Source: Aeromonas salmonicida subsp. salmonicida
GTDB taxonomy: Bacteria > Pseudomonadota > Gammaproteobacteria > Enterobacterales > Aeromonadaceae
Assembly (NCBI RefSeq): GCF_001643305.1
Contig: NZ_LSGW01000056.1
Span: 9,231 to 33,230 of the forward strand
Direction: 5' to 3'
DNA: 24,000 bases
In this document: positions 14,862-24,000 of the stretch, in pieces
Position numbering within the stretch: position 1 is the first letter of the stretch
Layout of the letters: each line of letters opens with the position of its first letter
The notes under the pieces: model-generated
Database searches by the model: none
Told to the model about the DNA's origin: nothing
Seen by the model: the letters and a program-made list of their open reading frames with translations, nothing else
Position numbers and translations under genes: made by a program

Positions 14862-14890
14862 AAGAAGCCCGCCGAATTGGCGGGCTTCTT
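14862..14890. terminator. Bidirectional terminator between the convergent hydrolase gene and yajR
   Basis: AAGAAGCCCGCC-GAATT-GGCGGGCTTCTT, flanked by an A-run upstream and TATT downstream. Confidence 0.8.
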
Positions 14891-14909
14891 TATTGATGGC
14901 ACAAAGAGA

Positions 14910-16271
14910 TCAGGCGGCGATCAACTGCTCCAGATCCTGGCGAGTGAGGCGCTTGGCATCGATTTTCACGTACACAGAGCGCTCTGCACTGGCCAGCATC
15001 ACATCGCTCACCCCATCGCAGGCGCGGATCTTCTGCTCCAGCGCCGGACTCGCCTCCACACCTTCCGGCAGCACGATGCGCAGACTGCTTACATAGGGGG
15101 GCTCCTGCATGGTCAGGCTCACACCGAGCCAGATCAGGGCCAGCAGGGCGCAGCAACCAAACACCAGTGCACCGCCTCCCAGACTGTAAAAGAGCCCGCC
15201 CAGGCTGCCACCAAGAGCCACGCCAATAAACTGGCTGGTGGAGTAGACCCCCATGGCGGTGCCCTTGTGACCGGGGGGCGACTCCTTGCTGATGAGGGAT
15301 GGCAACAGCGCCTCCATTACGTTGAAACCGATAAAGAAGAGCTGCAACCCGGCGAACAGGCCCCACAGCTGCAACCCGGCCTGCCACAGCACCACTTCGG
15401 CGATCAGCATCACCAGCACGCAGATCTGGAATACCCGCTTCATCTGGCGGTGCTTCTCGGCATAGATGATGAACGGCACCACGCTCACAAAGGCGACCAG
15501 CATGGTGACCAGATAGGCCTGCCACTGACTGTCGCGGGGCAGACCGGCCTGCTCCAGCAGTGGCGGCAATGCCACGAAGCTCGACATCAGCAGGGTATGG
15601 ACGCACAAAATGCCGAGGTTGAGTTTGAGCAGGCGCGGGTTGGTAAGCACTGTGCGCATCCCTCCCCTGACCATGCTGGACTCGCGGTTGAGCAGATGAC
15701 TGGTCGGCGTCGGCACCAGCCAGAGGGTGATGCCAATGCCCCCAAAGGCCAGCAAGGCTATCAGCCAGAACAGGCCGGAGAGCCCCAGCGCATGGGTAAT
15801 CAGGGGGCCCGTCACCATGGCAATGGCGAAGGTGATGCCAAAGCTCACCCCGATAAAAGCCATCGCCTTGGTGCGGTTCTGCTCACGGGTGAGATCTGAG
15901 AGCAGCGCCATCACGGCGGCCGAGATGGCACCGCTGCCCTGCAAGGCGCGGCCGAGGATGACACCCCAGATGGAGTGAGTCAGTGCCGCGATCACGCTGC
16001 CCAACGCAAACATCAGCAGGCCGCCGACGATCAAGGGCTTTCTGCCGATGCGATCGGAGAGCAGGCCGAACGGGATCTGGAACAACGCCTGGGTCATGCC
16101 GTAGATGCCGATGGCCAGACCAATCAGGGCTTCGGAGGCGCCGGCCAGTGACATGCCATAGGTAGTCAGCACCGGCAGCACCATAAACATGCCGAGCATG
16201 CGCAAAGAGAAGACGGAGCCGAGCGCCCAGGTGGCGCGGCGCTCGCCCCTCGTCATGGTGAAATCATTCAT
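14910..16271 (-). CDS. yajR: MFS transporter YajR (12-TM core plus C-terminal YAM domain)
   Basis: Near-collinear with E. coli YajR as I recall it (MNDFTMTRGERRATWALGSVFSLRMLGMFMVLPVLTTYGM.., ..FGLLSDRIGRKPLIV.., ..LLSDLTREQNRTKAMAFIGVSFGITFAIAM.., C-terminal ..PPYVSSLRI..YVKID..). GAGG lies 6 nt upstream of the ATG. It sits next to cyoE as in E. coli. Confidence 0.9.
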   Translation of the reverse strand: MNDFTMTRGERRATWALGSVFSLRMLGMFMVLPVLTTYGMSLAGASEALIGLAIGIYGMTQALFQIPFGLLSDRIGRKPLIVGGLLMFALGSVIAALTHSIWGVILGRALQGSGAISAAVMALLSDLTREQNRTKAMAFIGVSFGITFAIAMVTGPLITHALGLSGLFWLIALLAFGGIGITLWLVPTPTSHLLNRESSMVRGGMRTVLTNPRLLKLNLGILCVHTLLMSSFVALPPLLEQAGLPRDSQWQAYLVTMLVAFVSVVPFIIYAEKHRQMKRVFQICVLVMLIAEVVLWQAGLQLWGLFAGLQLFFIGFNVMEALLPSLISKESPPGHKGTAMGVYSTSQFIGVALGGSLGGLFYSLGGGALVFGCCALLALIWLGVSLTMQEPPYVSSLRIVLPEGVEASPALEQKIRACDGVSDVMLASAERSVYVKIDAKRLTRQDLEQLIAA

Positions 16272-16378
16272 AATGGCCTCGATAGGTCAAAGAGAGAGAA
16301 GAGAAAAGGGGCGGATGACAAGGCACGCCACACCCGAAAAAGCCGACAATGCGCCCCAAAGGGCGGGCCTCATAATAA

Positions 16379-16404
16379 CAGAGCCGGGAAGGTTCCCGGC
16401 TCTG
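16379..16404 (-). terminator. Terminator of the cyo operon
   Basis: 11-bp stem CAGAGCCGGGA / TCCCGGCTCTG with loop AGGT, 58 nt downstream of the cyoE stop. T-rich sequence follows on both strands. Confidence 0.7.
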
Positions 16405-16461
16405 GATTCTATTGATTTTCCTGGGTTGCATCACAGCCTCGGGGGCTGGAGACACGGACCA

Positions 16462-17355
16462 TCAGGGCAGCATGCTCACCAATACCGGCGTCGCGTCTGG
16501 CTGGAAGTCCACCGACATCATCACGCTCAGGCAAGTAATGGTGACGATGGAGAACATGAACAGCTTGCGGGCCCAGAGGGAGTCATCGACCGCCTGCTTG
16601 TAACCCGACAGCGCCATGCCCAGCCACCAGACGCTGACCGCAGTCGCCACGATCAGATACTTGTAACCGGCGTAACCGCCGAGGAACAGCATCAGGGTCG
16701 GCACCATGAAGGCCAGTATGTAGAGGGTGATGTGGTGTTTGGCCACGACAATCCCCTTCACCACCGGTAGTACCGGAATGTTGGCCGCCTGATAATCCTT
16801 GAAGCGGAAGATGGCAATCGCATAGGAGTGCGGCATCTGCCACAGGCTGAAGATCGCCAGCAGTATCAGGGCCCCCGAGTCGAACTGGCCGCTCACGGCA
16901 CAGTAGCCGATGACGGGTGGCGCGGCACCCGAAAGGCTGCCAACCAGGGTGCCATAGACAGAATGGCGCTTCATGTAGAGGCTGTAGACCCCCACATAGA
17001 CAATGAAGCCCAGCACCGCCAGCAAGGCGGCCAACGGATTGGCCGCCCAGTAGAGCAGTGCAATGCCCGCAACACCGAGCGCGCTCGCATACCAGAGCGA
17101 GACGCCGGGGGCGATAAGCCCCCTCACCAGAGCGCGGTTTTTGGTACGCTCCATGATGCAGTCGATGTCCCTGTCTATGTAGTTGTTGAACACACAACCG
17201 GAGGCCACCACCAGTGAGACACCGGCCATGGTCAGGATGAACAGGGGCACATCCAGGCTCCCCTTGGACGCCAGCAGGAATCCCCCGATAACCGAGATGA
17301 GGTTACCGAAGATGATGCCCGGCTTGGTCACTTGCAGGTATTGCTTCATCATCAT
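16462..17355 (-). CDS. cyoE: Protoheme IX farnesyltransferase (heme O synthase)
   Basis: [67 protein letters not shown].. is collinear with E. coli CyoE. The start is taken at the ATGATGATG run (complement of 17347-17355), 11 nt after the cyoD stop. The ORF-track start at 17409 overlaps cyoD. Confidence 0.92.
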   Translation of the reverse strand: MMMKQYLQVTKPGIIFGNLISVIGGFLLASKGSLDVPLFILTMAGVSLVVASGCVFNNYIDRDIDCIMERTKNRALVRGLIAPGVSLWYASALGVAGIALLYWAANPLAALLAVLGFIVYVGVYSLYMKRHSVYGTLVGSLSGAAPPVIGYCAVSGQFDSGALILLAIFSLWQMPHSYAIAIFRFKDYQAANIPVLPVVKGIVVAKHHITLYILAFMVPTLMLFLGGYAGYKYLIVATAVSVWWLGMALSGYKQAVDDSLWARKLFMFSIVTITCLSVMMSVDFQPDATPVLVSMLP

Positions 17356-17366
17356 TGCCAACCTGC

Positions 17367-17699
17367 TCAGTGAACCATCATGTTGATGTTGAGGTTGTAC
17401 ATGATCCACAGGGAACCCACGACCACGATGGCGATGATGAGCACGGTAAACACCAGTGCCACCAGGTTCCAGCGCTCCTCGGACGAGGTGTTCATGTGCA
17501 GGAAGTAAACCAGATGCACGAAGATCTGCACCACCGCCATGGCCACCACTGTGATCAGCATGGTCTGGTGGGTGAAGCCCCCGTCCATCACCATCCAGAA
17601 CGGGATGGCTGTCAGTATGACTGACAGCACGAAGCCGATCAGATAGCTCTTGGCACTGCCGTGGCTGGCGCCATGATTGTCAACGCTATGAGTGCTCAT
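17367..17699 (-). CDS. cyoD: Cytochrome bo3 ubiquinol oxidase subunit IV
   Basis: 110 aa: ..[49 protein letters not shown], collinear with E. coli CyoD. Its ATG directly abuts the cyoC stop (TAAATG). Confidence 0.92.
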   Translation of the reverse strand: MSTHSVDNHGASHGSAKSYLIGFVLSVILTAIPFWMVMDGGFTHQTMLITVVAMAVVQIFVHLVYFLHMNTSSEERWNLVALVFTVLIIAIVVVGSLWIMYNLNINMMVH

Positions 17700-18314
17700 T
17701 TACATTGCTCCCATCAGATAGACCACGGTAAACACGCAGATCCACACCACGTCCAGGAAGTGCCAGAACAGGCTCAGGCACATCAGACGGGAACGGGTGC
17801 GATCAGTCAGCCCCTTCTTGGCTACCAGCACCATCATGACGATCAGCCAGATGAGACCGCTGGTCACGTGGATGCCGTGAGTGCCAACCAGGGTGAAGAA
17901 GGCGGAGAGGAAGGCACTGCGATCCGGGCCATAACCCTCGGCAATAAGGTGATGGAATTCGTAGATTTCCATCGCGATGAAGCCGGCGCCCAGCACAAAG
18001 GTCACCAGCAGCCAGCCATTGACGGCAGCGGCACGGCCCTTGTTCATGGCCAGCATGGCAAAGCCGAAGGTGATGCTGCTAAACAGCAGCAGCATGGTTT
18101 CCGCAAACACGAACGGTAGTTCGAAAATATCCTTGCCGCTGGGGCCGCCGGCGGTGCCGTTGACCAGGACTGCATAGGTTGCAAATAGACATGCAAACAG
18201 GATGCAGTCACTCATCAGGTAGATCCAGAAACCGAATACCTTGTTGGCTCCGGCATCATGGTGCCCATGGTCATGGGCACCCTCGTGAGTGTGATGTAGA
18301 ACGTCGGTCGCCAT
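17700..18314 (-). CDS. cyoC: Cytochrome bo3 ubiquinol oxidase subunit III
   Basis: [71 protein letters not shown] is collinear with E. coli CyoC (204 aa). The start (complement of 18312-18314) is 4 nt after the cyoB stop. The ORF-track start at 18431 overlaps cyoB. Confidence 0.93.
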   Translation of the reverse strand: MATDVLHHTHEGAHDHGHHDAGANKVFGFWIYLMSDCILFACLFATYAVLVNGTAGGPSGKDIFELPFVFAETMLLLFSSITFGFAMLAMNKGRAAAVNGWLLVTFVLGAGFIAMEIYEFHHLIAEGYGPDRSAFLSAFFTLVGTHGIHVTSGLIWLIVMMVLVAKKGLTDRTRSRLMCLSLFWHFLDVVWICVFTVVYLMGAM

Positions 18315-18318
18315 GGCG

Positions 18319-20295
18319 TCACGCCCCCTTGTTGATGTTGGCAAAATGCTGACCTTCGATGCGTTCGATCTCGTCAACCTGCACGTAGTAGTCCACATCA
18401 TCGTTGAAGCTGTGGATGATCCAGGTGGCAATCATGGCGACGAAGGCGGCAATCGCCATCCACCAGATGTGCCAGATCATGGCAAAGCCGAACAGGGCAC
18501 TGAAGCCTGCGATGATGACACCCGCCCCTGTGTTCTTGGGCATGTGGATCGGCGCATACTGCTTGGGCTGCTGATAGGCGGTGCCGTTTTGCTTGGCTTC
18601 CCAGAATGCATCCAGACCTGTGATGGTCGGCTCGATGGCGAAGTTGTAGAAGGGCGGCGGTGAAGAGGTCGCCCACTCCAGGGTACGGCCACCCCAGGGA
18701 TCGCCAGTCAGATCGCGATTCTTCTCGCGGTCACGGATACTGACCACCACCTGGATCACCTGGCACAAGACGCCAATGGCAATCAGGCCGGCACCCACGG
18801 CGGCCACGACCAGCCAGGGATGGAAGGCCGGATCCAGCTGCTGGCTGACCCGACGGGTCATGCCCATGAAGCCCAGCACGTAGAGCGGCATGAAGGCCAC
18901 GAAGAAGCCGACAATCCAGAACCAGAAGGAGCGCTTGCCCCAGGTTTCATCCAGGGTGAAGCCGAACGCCTTGGGGAACCAGTAGGTGATACCGGCGAAG
19001 CAGCCAAACACCACGCCGCCGATGATGACGTTGTGGAAGTGGGCGATCAGGAACAGGCTGTTGTGCAGCACGAAGTTCGCAGCCGGTACCGACAGCAGTA
19101 CCCCCGTCATGCCACCTATGGTGAAGGTGATGATGAACCCTATGGTCCACAGCATGGGCGAGGTGAACTCGATGCGACCACGGTACATGGTGAACAGCCA
19201 GTTGAAGATCTTCACCCCGGTCGGGATGGAGATGATCATGGTGGTGATGCCGAAGAAGGCATTCACGTTGGCGCCGGACCCCATGGTAAAGAAGTGGTGC
19301 AACCAGACGATGAAGGAGAGCACTGTAATGGCGATGGTCGCCCACACCAGCGAGGTGTAACCGAACAACTTCTTCTTGCAGAAGGTCGCCACCACTTCCG
19401 AGAAAATCCCGAACACCGGCAGTACCAGGATATACACCTCGGGATGGCCCCAGGCCCAGATGAGGTTGATGTACATCATCATGTTGCCACCCATGTCATT
19501 GGTAAAGAAATGGGTGCCGAGGTAACGGTCAGCGGTGAGCAGTGCCACAGTGACGGTCAGGATCGGGAAGGAGGCGATGATCAAAATGTTGGCGCACAAG
19601 GCAGTCCAGGTGAACACCGGCAGACGCATCATGGTCATGCCGGGGGCGCGCATCTTGATGATGGTGGCGAAGAAGTTGACGCCGGTCAGCAAGGTACCCA
19701 GCCCCGAGATCTGCAGACTCCAGATCCAGTAATCCACCCCGACCCCCGGGCTGTATTCCAGACCGGAGAGTGGCGGATACGCCAGCCAGCCGGTCTGGGC
19801 AAACTCGCCGACCGCCAGGGAGACGTTGATCAACACAACGGCGGCGGCGGTGAACCAGAAGCTGATGTTGTTGAGGAAGGGGAAGGCCACATCACGGGCA
19901 CCGAGCTGCAGCGGTACCACTATGTTCATCAGACCTATTACCAGCGGCATGGCCACGAAGAAGATCATGATGACACCGTGAGCGGTGAAGATCTGGTCGT
20001 AGTGGTGGGGCGGCAAAATGCCATCGCCACCGGCCGAGGCCATCACCTGCTGGGTACGCATCATCACCGCATCGGCAAAGCCGCGCAGCAGCATGATCAT
20101 GCCGAGGATCAGATACATGACCCCCAGACGCTTGTGGTCGACCGAGGTGAACCACTCTTTCCACAGATACTGCCACTTGCCGAAATAGGTGATCAGCCCG
20201 GCAATGCCGAGGCCACCCAGAATGATACCGGCCACAGTCACCATGATGATGGGTTCATGGTACGGAATGGCATCGAGCGTTAATTTTCCAAACAT
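18319..20295 (-). CDS. cyoB: Cytochrome bo3 ubiquinol oxidase subunit I (heme-copper oxidase catalytic subunit)
   Basis: 658 aa: [52 protein letters not shown].., collinear with E. coli CyoB. Confidence 0.95.
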   Translation of the reverse strand: MFGKLTLDAIPYHEPIIMVTVAGIILGGLGIAGLITYFGKWQYLWKEWFTSVDHKRLGVMYLILGMIMLLRGFADAVMMRTQQVMASAGGDGILPPHHYDQIFTAHGVIMIFFVAMPLVIGLMNIVVPLQLGARDVAFPFLNNISFWFTAAAVVLINVSLAVGEFAQTGWLAYPPLSGLEYSPGVGVDYWIWSLQISGLGTLLTGVNFFATIIKMRAPGMTMMRLPVFTWTALCANILIIASFPILTVTVALLTADRYLGTHFFTNDMGGNMMMYINLIWAWGHPEVYILVLPVFGIFSEVVATFCKKKLFGYTSLVWATIAITVLSFIVWLHHFFTMGSGANVNAFFGITTMIISIPTGVKIFNWLFTMYRGRIEFTSPMLWTIGFIITFTIGGMTGVLLSVPAANFVLHNSLFLIAHFHNVIIGGVVFGCFAGITYWFPKAFGFTLDETWGKRSFWFWIVGFFVAFMPLYVLGFMGMTRRVSQQLDPAFHPWLVVAAVGAGLIAIGVLCQVIQVVVSIRDREKNRDLTGDPWGGRTLEWATSSPPPFYNFAIEPTITGLDAFWEAKQNGTAYQQPKQYAPIHMPKNTGAGVIIAGFSALFGFAMIWHIWWMAIAAFVAMIATWIIHSFNDDVDYYVQVDEIERIEGQHFANINKGA

Positions 20296-20298
20296 CAG

Positions 20299-21324
20299 TT
20301 ATTCCTCGGATCCCGCTTTCACAGAGTTGTCATCCGTCGGCATCGTCATATGCCCGGCATGATCCATTTGTGCGTCATGCGCCATGGCGTCATGGTTCAT
20401 TGTTTGCTGATCCATGGTGGTGTGATCCATGGTCTCGCCGTGCGCCATCCCTTTATGCTCACCGTGGCCCATGTCACCCATGAACTTGTTGATCAGGTTG
20501 ACGAACAGTGCCGGATCGGCGCTGGAGAAATACTCCACCGGATGGTATTCGGTCGGCTTGGCCAGGGCATCGAACTCCGCCATTGTGGTGAGCTGCTTGG
20601 GCGACTGTTTCACCTTGGCGACCCAGGCGTCGAAACCTGCCTGATCCTGCGTGGCGATGGCCTTGAACTTCATCCCGGAGAAACCGGCACCGCTATAGCT
20701 GCTGGAGATGCCGTCATATTTCCCGGCTTCATTGGCGATGAGATGCAGCTTGGTCTGCATACCGGCCATGGCATAAATCTGCCCGCCCAGTTTGGGAATG
20801 AAGAAGGAGTTCATGACGGTGTCAGACGTCACCCGGAAATTCACCGGCGTGTTGACCGGGAAGGCCAATTCATTGACCGAGGCAATCCCCAACTCCGGGT
20901 AGACAAACAACCATTTCCAGTCGAGGGAAATAACATCAACCAGGATCGGTTTGACCTCGGAATCGAGCGGCTTGTAAGGGTCCAGCTCGTGGGATGTTTT
21001 CCAGGTGATGGTCGCCAGAATGACGACGATAATGACGGGAACGGTCCAGACAACCGCTTCAATCTTGTTGGAGTGAGACCAATCCGGGGTATATTTGGCG
21101 TCGGTATTGGATGCCCTGTATTTACGGGCAAATACCACTGCCATAATAATCACAGGGATCACCACAATTAACATCAGCCCCAAGGCGGTTAATATCAGTG
21201 ATTTCTGCTCCAGACCAATCTGCCCTTTGGGGTTCATCAACGCCATGTCGCAGCCGGTCAGCAAGCTGGCCGATGCGATCAACAGCAAAGCACCCAAGCC
21301 CCTCTTTAATTCAAAAGGTCTCAT
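20299..21324 (-). CDS. cyoA: Cytochrome bo3 ubiquinol oxidase subunit II (lipoprotein) with an extended His/Met-rich C-terminal tail
   Basis: Lipobox ..ASASLLTG|C. ..[68 protein letters not shown].. is collinear with E. coli CyoA. GAGGA lies 7 nt upstream of the ATG (complement of 21322-21324). Confidence 0.93.
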   Translation of the reverse strand: MRPFELKRGLGALLLIASASLLTGCDMALMNPKGQIGLEQKSLILTALGLMLIVVIPVIIMAVVFARKYRASNTDAKYTPDWSHSNKIEAVVWTVPVIIVVILATITWKTSHELDPYKPLDSEVKPILVDVISLDWKWLFVYPELGIASVNELAFPVNTPVNFRVTSDTVMNSFFIPKLGGQIYAMAGMQTKLHLIANEAGKYDGISSSYSGAGFSGMKFKAIATQDQAGFDAWVAKVKQSPKQLTTMAEFDALAKPTEYHPVEYFSSADPALFVNLINKFMGDMGHGEHKGMAHGETMDHTTMDQQTMNHDAMAHDAQMDHAGHMTMPTDDNSVKAGSEE

Positions 21325-21932
21325 GCAGTGTCCTCATCATTCGCAGGCGTAAAGGTATAAAAAAAGCGCATCATTATATTGCATTGAGAATGGATGTAAA
21401 CAAGGTGGGAAATTAATCTGCAAGTTGTTTTCTGTTTGGAGGTGACCTGTGATGTATGTTAATGCCTTGACAGTCGCCATTTTCATAATGACTGTGCAAT
21501 TATTCACCAGCAACATTGATTTCATTTCAATCAGAATTAGCTCAGCAAGTGAACAGTCAGTTTTAAACCCTTTATTTAATGCGGTTAAATGACTTTTCCT
21601 GTATTTACATCAGCTGCAAGCGGCCCTGTTTTCAACAATGGAAATAACCACATAAAAAGCAGATATAAAGACTCTTACAGACCCTTAATTAATCAAAATA
21701 CACTCAAGTTAATTCCATGCTCTTGGTGAGACTATATCCTGAACATACCTGTCTCATGCATTTCATCGGGTCTGCTTCATCACAACCGTCATCATCTTGT
21801 TTAATAAGTTATTATCAAACCCATGGACTCCATCCGGATATGGCGTTAGGTTGCGCCCCTTCGTTGCCAAGCCAGTAACGAAACCGACCCTATCCCATTC
21901 CCCATTTGACTCTTCATACCACAGGGATTGCC
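21325..21932. promoter_or_regulatory. AT-rich divergent control region between cyoA and the Tat flavoprotein gene
   Basis: About 600 bp with no convincing ORF, and much more AT-rich than the flanks. It must hold the cyo promoter and the promoter of the dehydrogenase genes. It contains several GTTAAT/TGTTAA words resembling ArcA half-sites; no site was assigned with confidence. Confidence 0.4.
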
Positions 21933-23858
21933 ATGAGTATCACACGCAGAGACTTTCTCAACGGCGTAGCCATCACCATAGCGGCAGGCATCGCCCCCAT
22001 CAATCTGTTGCAGGCGGCAGAGGGCGGCAAGGCGCTGGCCGACAAGACGCTTGCCTATCCGCCCGCCCTCACAGGGTTGCGCGGCAACCACCCGGGCTCC
22101 TTTGAACCGGCCCACAGCATAGCCCGCGACGGCAAGCAGTATGACTTCGCCAATGTTCCCCTCGAGGGGGAGTACGATCTGGTGATCGTCGGCGCCGGGA
22201 TCAGCGGTCTGGCCGCCGCCTGCTTCTATCAACAGTTGCTCGGCGCGGATAAAAAGATCCTGCTGCTCGACAACCACGACGACTTTGGCGGCCACGCCAA
22301 GCGCAACGAATTCACCACGCCCGATGGCCTGCGGCTGGGTTACGGCGGCAGCGAATCCCTGCAATCGCCGCGCTCCGTCTACAGCCCCATCGCGCTCGGC
22401 CTGCTCAAGACGCTCGAGGTGAACATCGACGAACTGGCCGCCGGCTTCCAGCAGACCTTCTATCCGGATCTGGGCCTGAGCCGCGGCGTCTACTTCGACG
22501 AGAAGCACTTTGGCGTCAACAAGGTGGTGAGCGGTGACCCTGGCCACAACGTGGCCGACGACATCCCCCGGGATCGCCTCAACGGCCGCCCCCTGGCCGA
22601 ATTCATCGGTGACTTCCCGCTCGATGAGCGCGACCGTGCAGCCTTGCTGGCCCTGCACGAAGAGAAGATCGACTACCTCAGTGGCATGAGCCGGGAGGAG
22701 AAAGACCTCTGGATGACCCGCAACAGCTACACCAGCTTCCTGCGAGACAAGGTGGGCCTGAGCGAGCGTGCAATCACTTACTTCCAGCAGCGCACCAACG
22801 ACTTCCAGGCAGTCGGTATCGATGCCACCGCCTGCGCCGATGCGCGCCTCTGTGCCCTGCCTGGCTTCGACGGGCTGGATCTCACTCCTCTCGATGCCGA
22901 GGAGCAGGCAGAGCTGGACGATCCCTACATCTTCCACTTCCCGGATGGCAACGCCGGCCTCACCCGCCTGATGGTACGCAAGCTGATCCCTCAGGTGGCG
23001 CCGGGCCACACCATGCAGGATGTGGTACTGGCCAAGTTTGACTACGGCAAGCTCGATCTGCCGGAACACAAGGTGCAACTGCGCCTTGGCAGCACGGCGC
23101 TGCAGGCGAAGAACATCCGCCGCACCGATGGCAGCACTGGGGTGGATGTCACCTACATCAAGGAGGGCAAACTCCATAGGGTACGGGCCAAACAGTCAGT
23201 CATGGCCGGCTACAACATGATGATCCCCTACATGGTGCCCGAGATGGCAGAGCCCCAGAAAGAGGCGCTGCGCCAGAACGCCAAGGCGCCGCTGGTCTAC
23301 ACCAAGGTGGTGATCAAGAACTGGCAATCCTTCGTCAAGCTGGGAGTGCACGAGGTCTACTCCCCCGCGGCGCCCTACAGCCGGGTCAAGCTGGACTACC
23401 CGGTCAACCTCGGCGGCTATGAGCATCCCAAGAATCCGGATCAGCCCATGTGTCTGCACATGGTCTATGTGCCGACCCTGCCGGGCAGCGGCCTCTCGGC
23501 TCGCGAACAGTCCCGCAAGGGACGCGCCATGATCCTCGGCATGCCGTTCGAGCAGCACGAACAGATGATCCGCGAACAACTGCAGGGAATGCTGGGCAGC
23601 GCTGGTTTCAACCATGAGCAGGACATCCTCGCCATCACGGTCAACCGCTGGTCCCACGGCTACTCCTACATCACCAATACCCTGTTTGATGACGAGGCGC
23701 AGTGCGAAAAATGGATTGAGCTGGGTCGTCAGCCCATCGGCAACATCACCATCGCCAACTCCGACTCCGACTGGAGCCCCTACGCCCACTCCGCCATCGA
23801 TCAGGCCTGGCGCGCGGTCAACGAGCTGGTCGCCATGCAAAAAGGAGGTGCCCAATGA
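21933..23858 (+). CDS. Tat-exported FAD-dependent oxidoreductase (amine-oxidase fold; SpdH/polyamine-dehydrogenase-like from memory)
   Basis: ATG 21933 has AGGGA 7 nt upstream. It carries a twin-arginine signal (MSITRRDFLNGVAITIAAGIAP..) and a dinucleotide-binding motif (YDLVIVGAGISGLAAACFY..LLLDNHDDFGGHAKRNEF). It is 641 aa. Its stop overlaps the next start (ATGA at 23855-23858). Confidence 0.75.
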   Translation: MSITRRDFLNGVAITIAAGIAPINLLQAAEGGKALADKTLAYPPALTGLRGNHPGSFEPAHSIARDGKQYDFANVPLEGEYDLVIVGAGISGLAAACFYQQLLGADKKILLLDNHDDFGGHAKRNEFTTPDGLRLGYGGSESLQSPRSVYSPIALGLLKTLEVNIDELAAGFQQTFYPDLGLSRGVYFDEKHFGVNKVVSGDPGHNVADDIPRDRLNGRPLAEFIGDFPLDERDRAALLALHEEKIDYLSGMSREEKDLWMTRNSYTSFLRDKVGLSERAITYFQQRTNDFQAVGIDATACADARLCALPGFDGLDLTPLDAEEQAELDDPYIFHFPDGNAGLTRLMVRKLIPQVAPGHTMQDVVLAKFDYGKLDLPEHKVQLRLGSTALQAKNIRRTDGSTGVDVTYIKEGKLHRVRAKQSVMAGYNMMIPYMVPEMAEPQKEALRQNAKAPLVYTKVVIKNWQSFVKLGVHEVYSPAAPYSRVKLDYPVNLGGYEHPKNPDQPMCLHMVYVPTLPGSGLSAREQSRKGRAMILGMPFEQHEQMIREQLQGMLGSAGFNHEQDILAITVNRWSHGYSYITNTLFDDEAQCEKWIELGRQPIGNITIANSDSDWSPYAHSAIDQAWRAVNELVAMQKGGAQ

Positions 23859-24000
23859 TCCGCACCCTGTCACTGACCGCCACCGCCCTGCTGGCAGCCA
23901 TGGCGGCCCAACCCGCGCTGGCGGGCTCCGCCATGTCGGCAGGCGAGTATATTTCCAAGCTGGGGGATTGCGCCGCCTGCCACACCAGCGAGGCCAGTGC
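23855..24000 (+). CDS. Cytochrome c subunit (3'-truncated by the window edge), like the cytochrome c subunits of membrane-bound dehydrogenases
   Basis: AAAGGAGG lies 7 nt upstream of the ATG. It has a Sec signal (MIRTLSLTATALLAAMAAQPALA|GS), then GEYISKLGDCAACHTSE, a CxxCH heme c site in the same context as the first heme of ADH subunit II and gluconate 2-dehydrogenase cytochromes. Confidence 0.75.
   Translation, partial: MIRTLSLTATALLAAMAAQPALAGSAMSAGEYISKLGDCAACHTSEAS

Noticed and set aside
21337-21525. 62-aa minus-strand ORF in the cyo upstream region.
   Set aside because: It is an AT-rich chance ORF with no SD, and it lies where the cyo promoter and regulator sites are expected.
21846-23177. 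Long antisense ORFs opposite confident genes: this 443-aa ORF, plus 6687..7907 (+), 5857..6702 (+), 14877..15899 (+), 18820..20283 (+), 20350..21171 (+), 11462..12412 (-), 13787..14515 (-), 384..1106 (-) and 16583..17197 (-).
   Set aside because: These are typical high-GC shadow ORFs. Their products are Arg/Gly/His/Ala/Gln-rich and low-complexity, they have no SD, and each lies fully opposite a gene with clear homologue-level similarity.
1-24000. A search by eye for CRISPR arrays, tRNA or rRNA genes, IS or transposase genes, integrases and prophage genes.
   Set aside because: I found no regularly spaced repeats, no cloverleaf-compatible T-arm (the GGTTCAACA at ~1779 lacks a pairing stem), and no ORF with transposase or integrase motifs.

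Overview
High-GC (about 60% by eye) gammaproteobacterial chromosome; gene content and protein sequences look Aeromonas-like, which is an inference only. Most of the window is recognisable core metabolism. Left to right: the 3' part of manA; a fructose-family PTS EIIA-EIIC-EIIB gene split by one in-frame TGA; the malI / malX-malY regulon in the same divergent layout as E. coli, with a perfect palindromic operator; three separately terminated envelope-targeted genes (a secreted alpha/beta hydrolase, a periplasmic TPR-DUF218 protein and a lipoprotein S33-type hydrolase); yajR followed by the complete cyoABCDE cytochrome bo3 ubiquinol oxidase operon on the minus strand, also E. coli-like synteny; and, divergent from cyoA across a roughly 600 bp AT-rich region, a Tat-exported flavoprotein translationally coupled to a cytochrome c whose gene runs off the window. 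I found no tRNA, rRNA, CRISPR array, IS element or prophage gene, and no clear novel multi-gene system. The items most worth a second look are: (1) a (GAGCA)x4 pentanucleotide tract that puts the catalytic-His end of the lipoprotein hydrolase out of frame; (2) the in-frame TGA in the PTS permease; (3) an orphan two-gene membrane module (4257-5430) whose second gene changes abruptly from low-GC, foreign codon usage to host-like composition; (4) the Tat flavoprotein plus cytochrome c dehydrogenase next to cyo; (5) a small coiled-coil gene missing from the ORF track, and about 700 bp of unexplained structured non-coding DNA upstream of the PTS gene. All functional calls rest on my recognition of motifs and remembered homologues. 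No database search was run.
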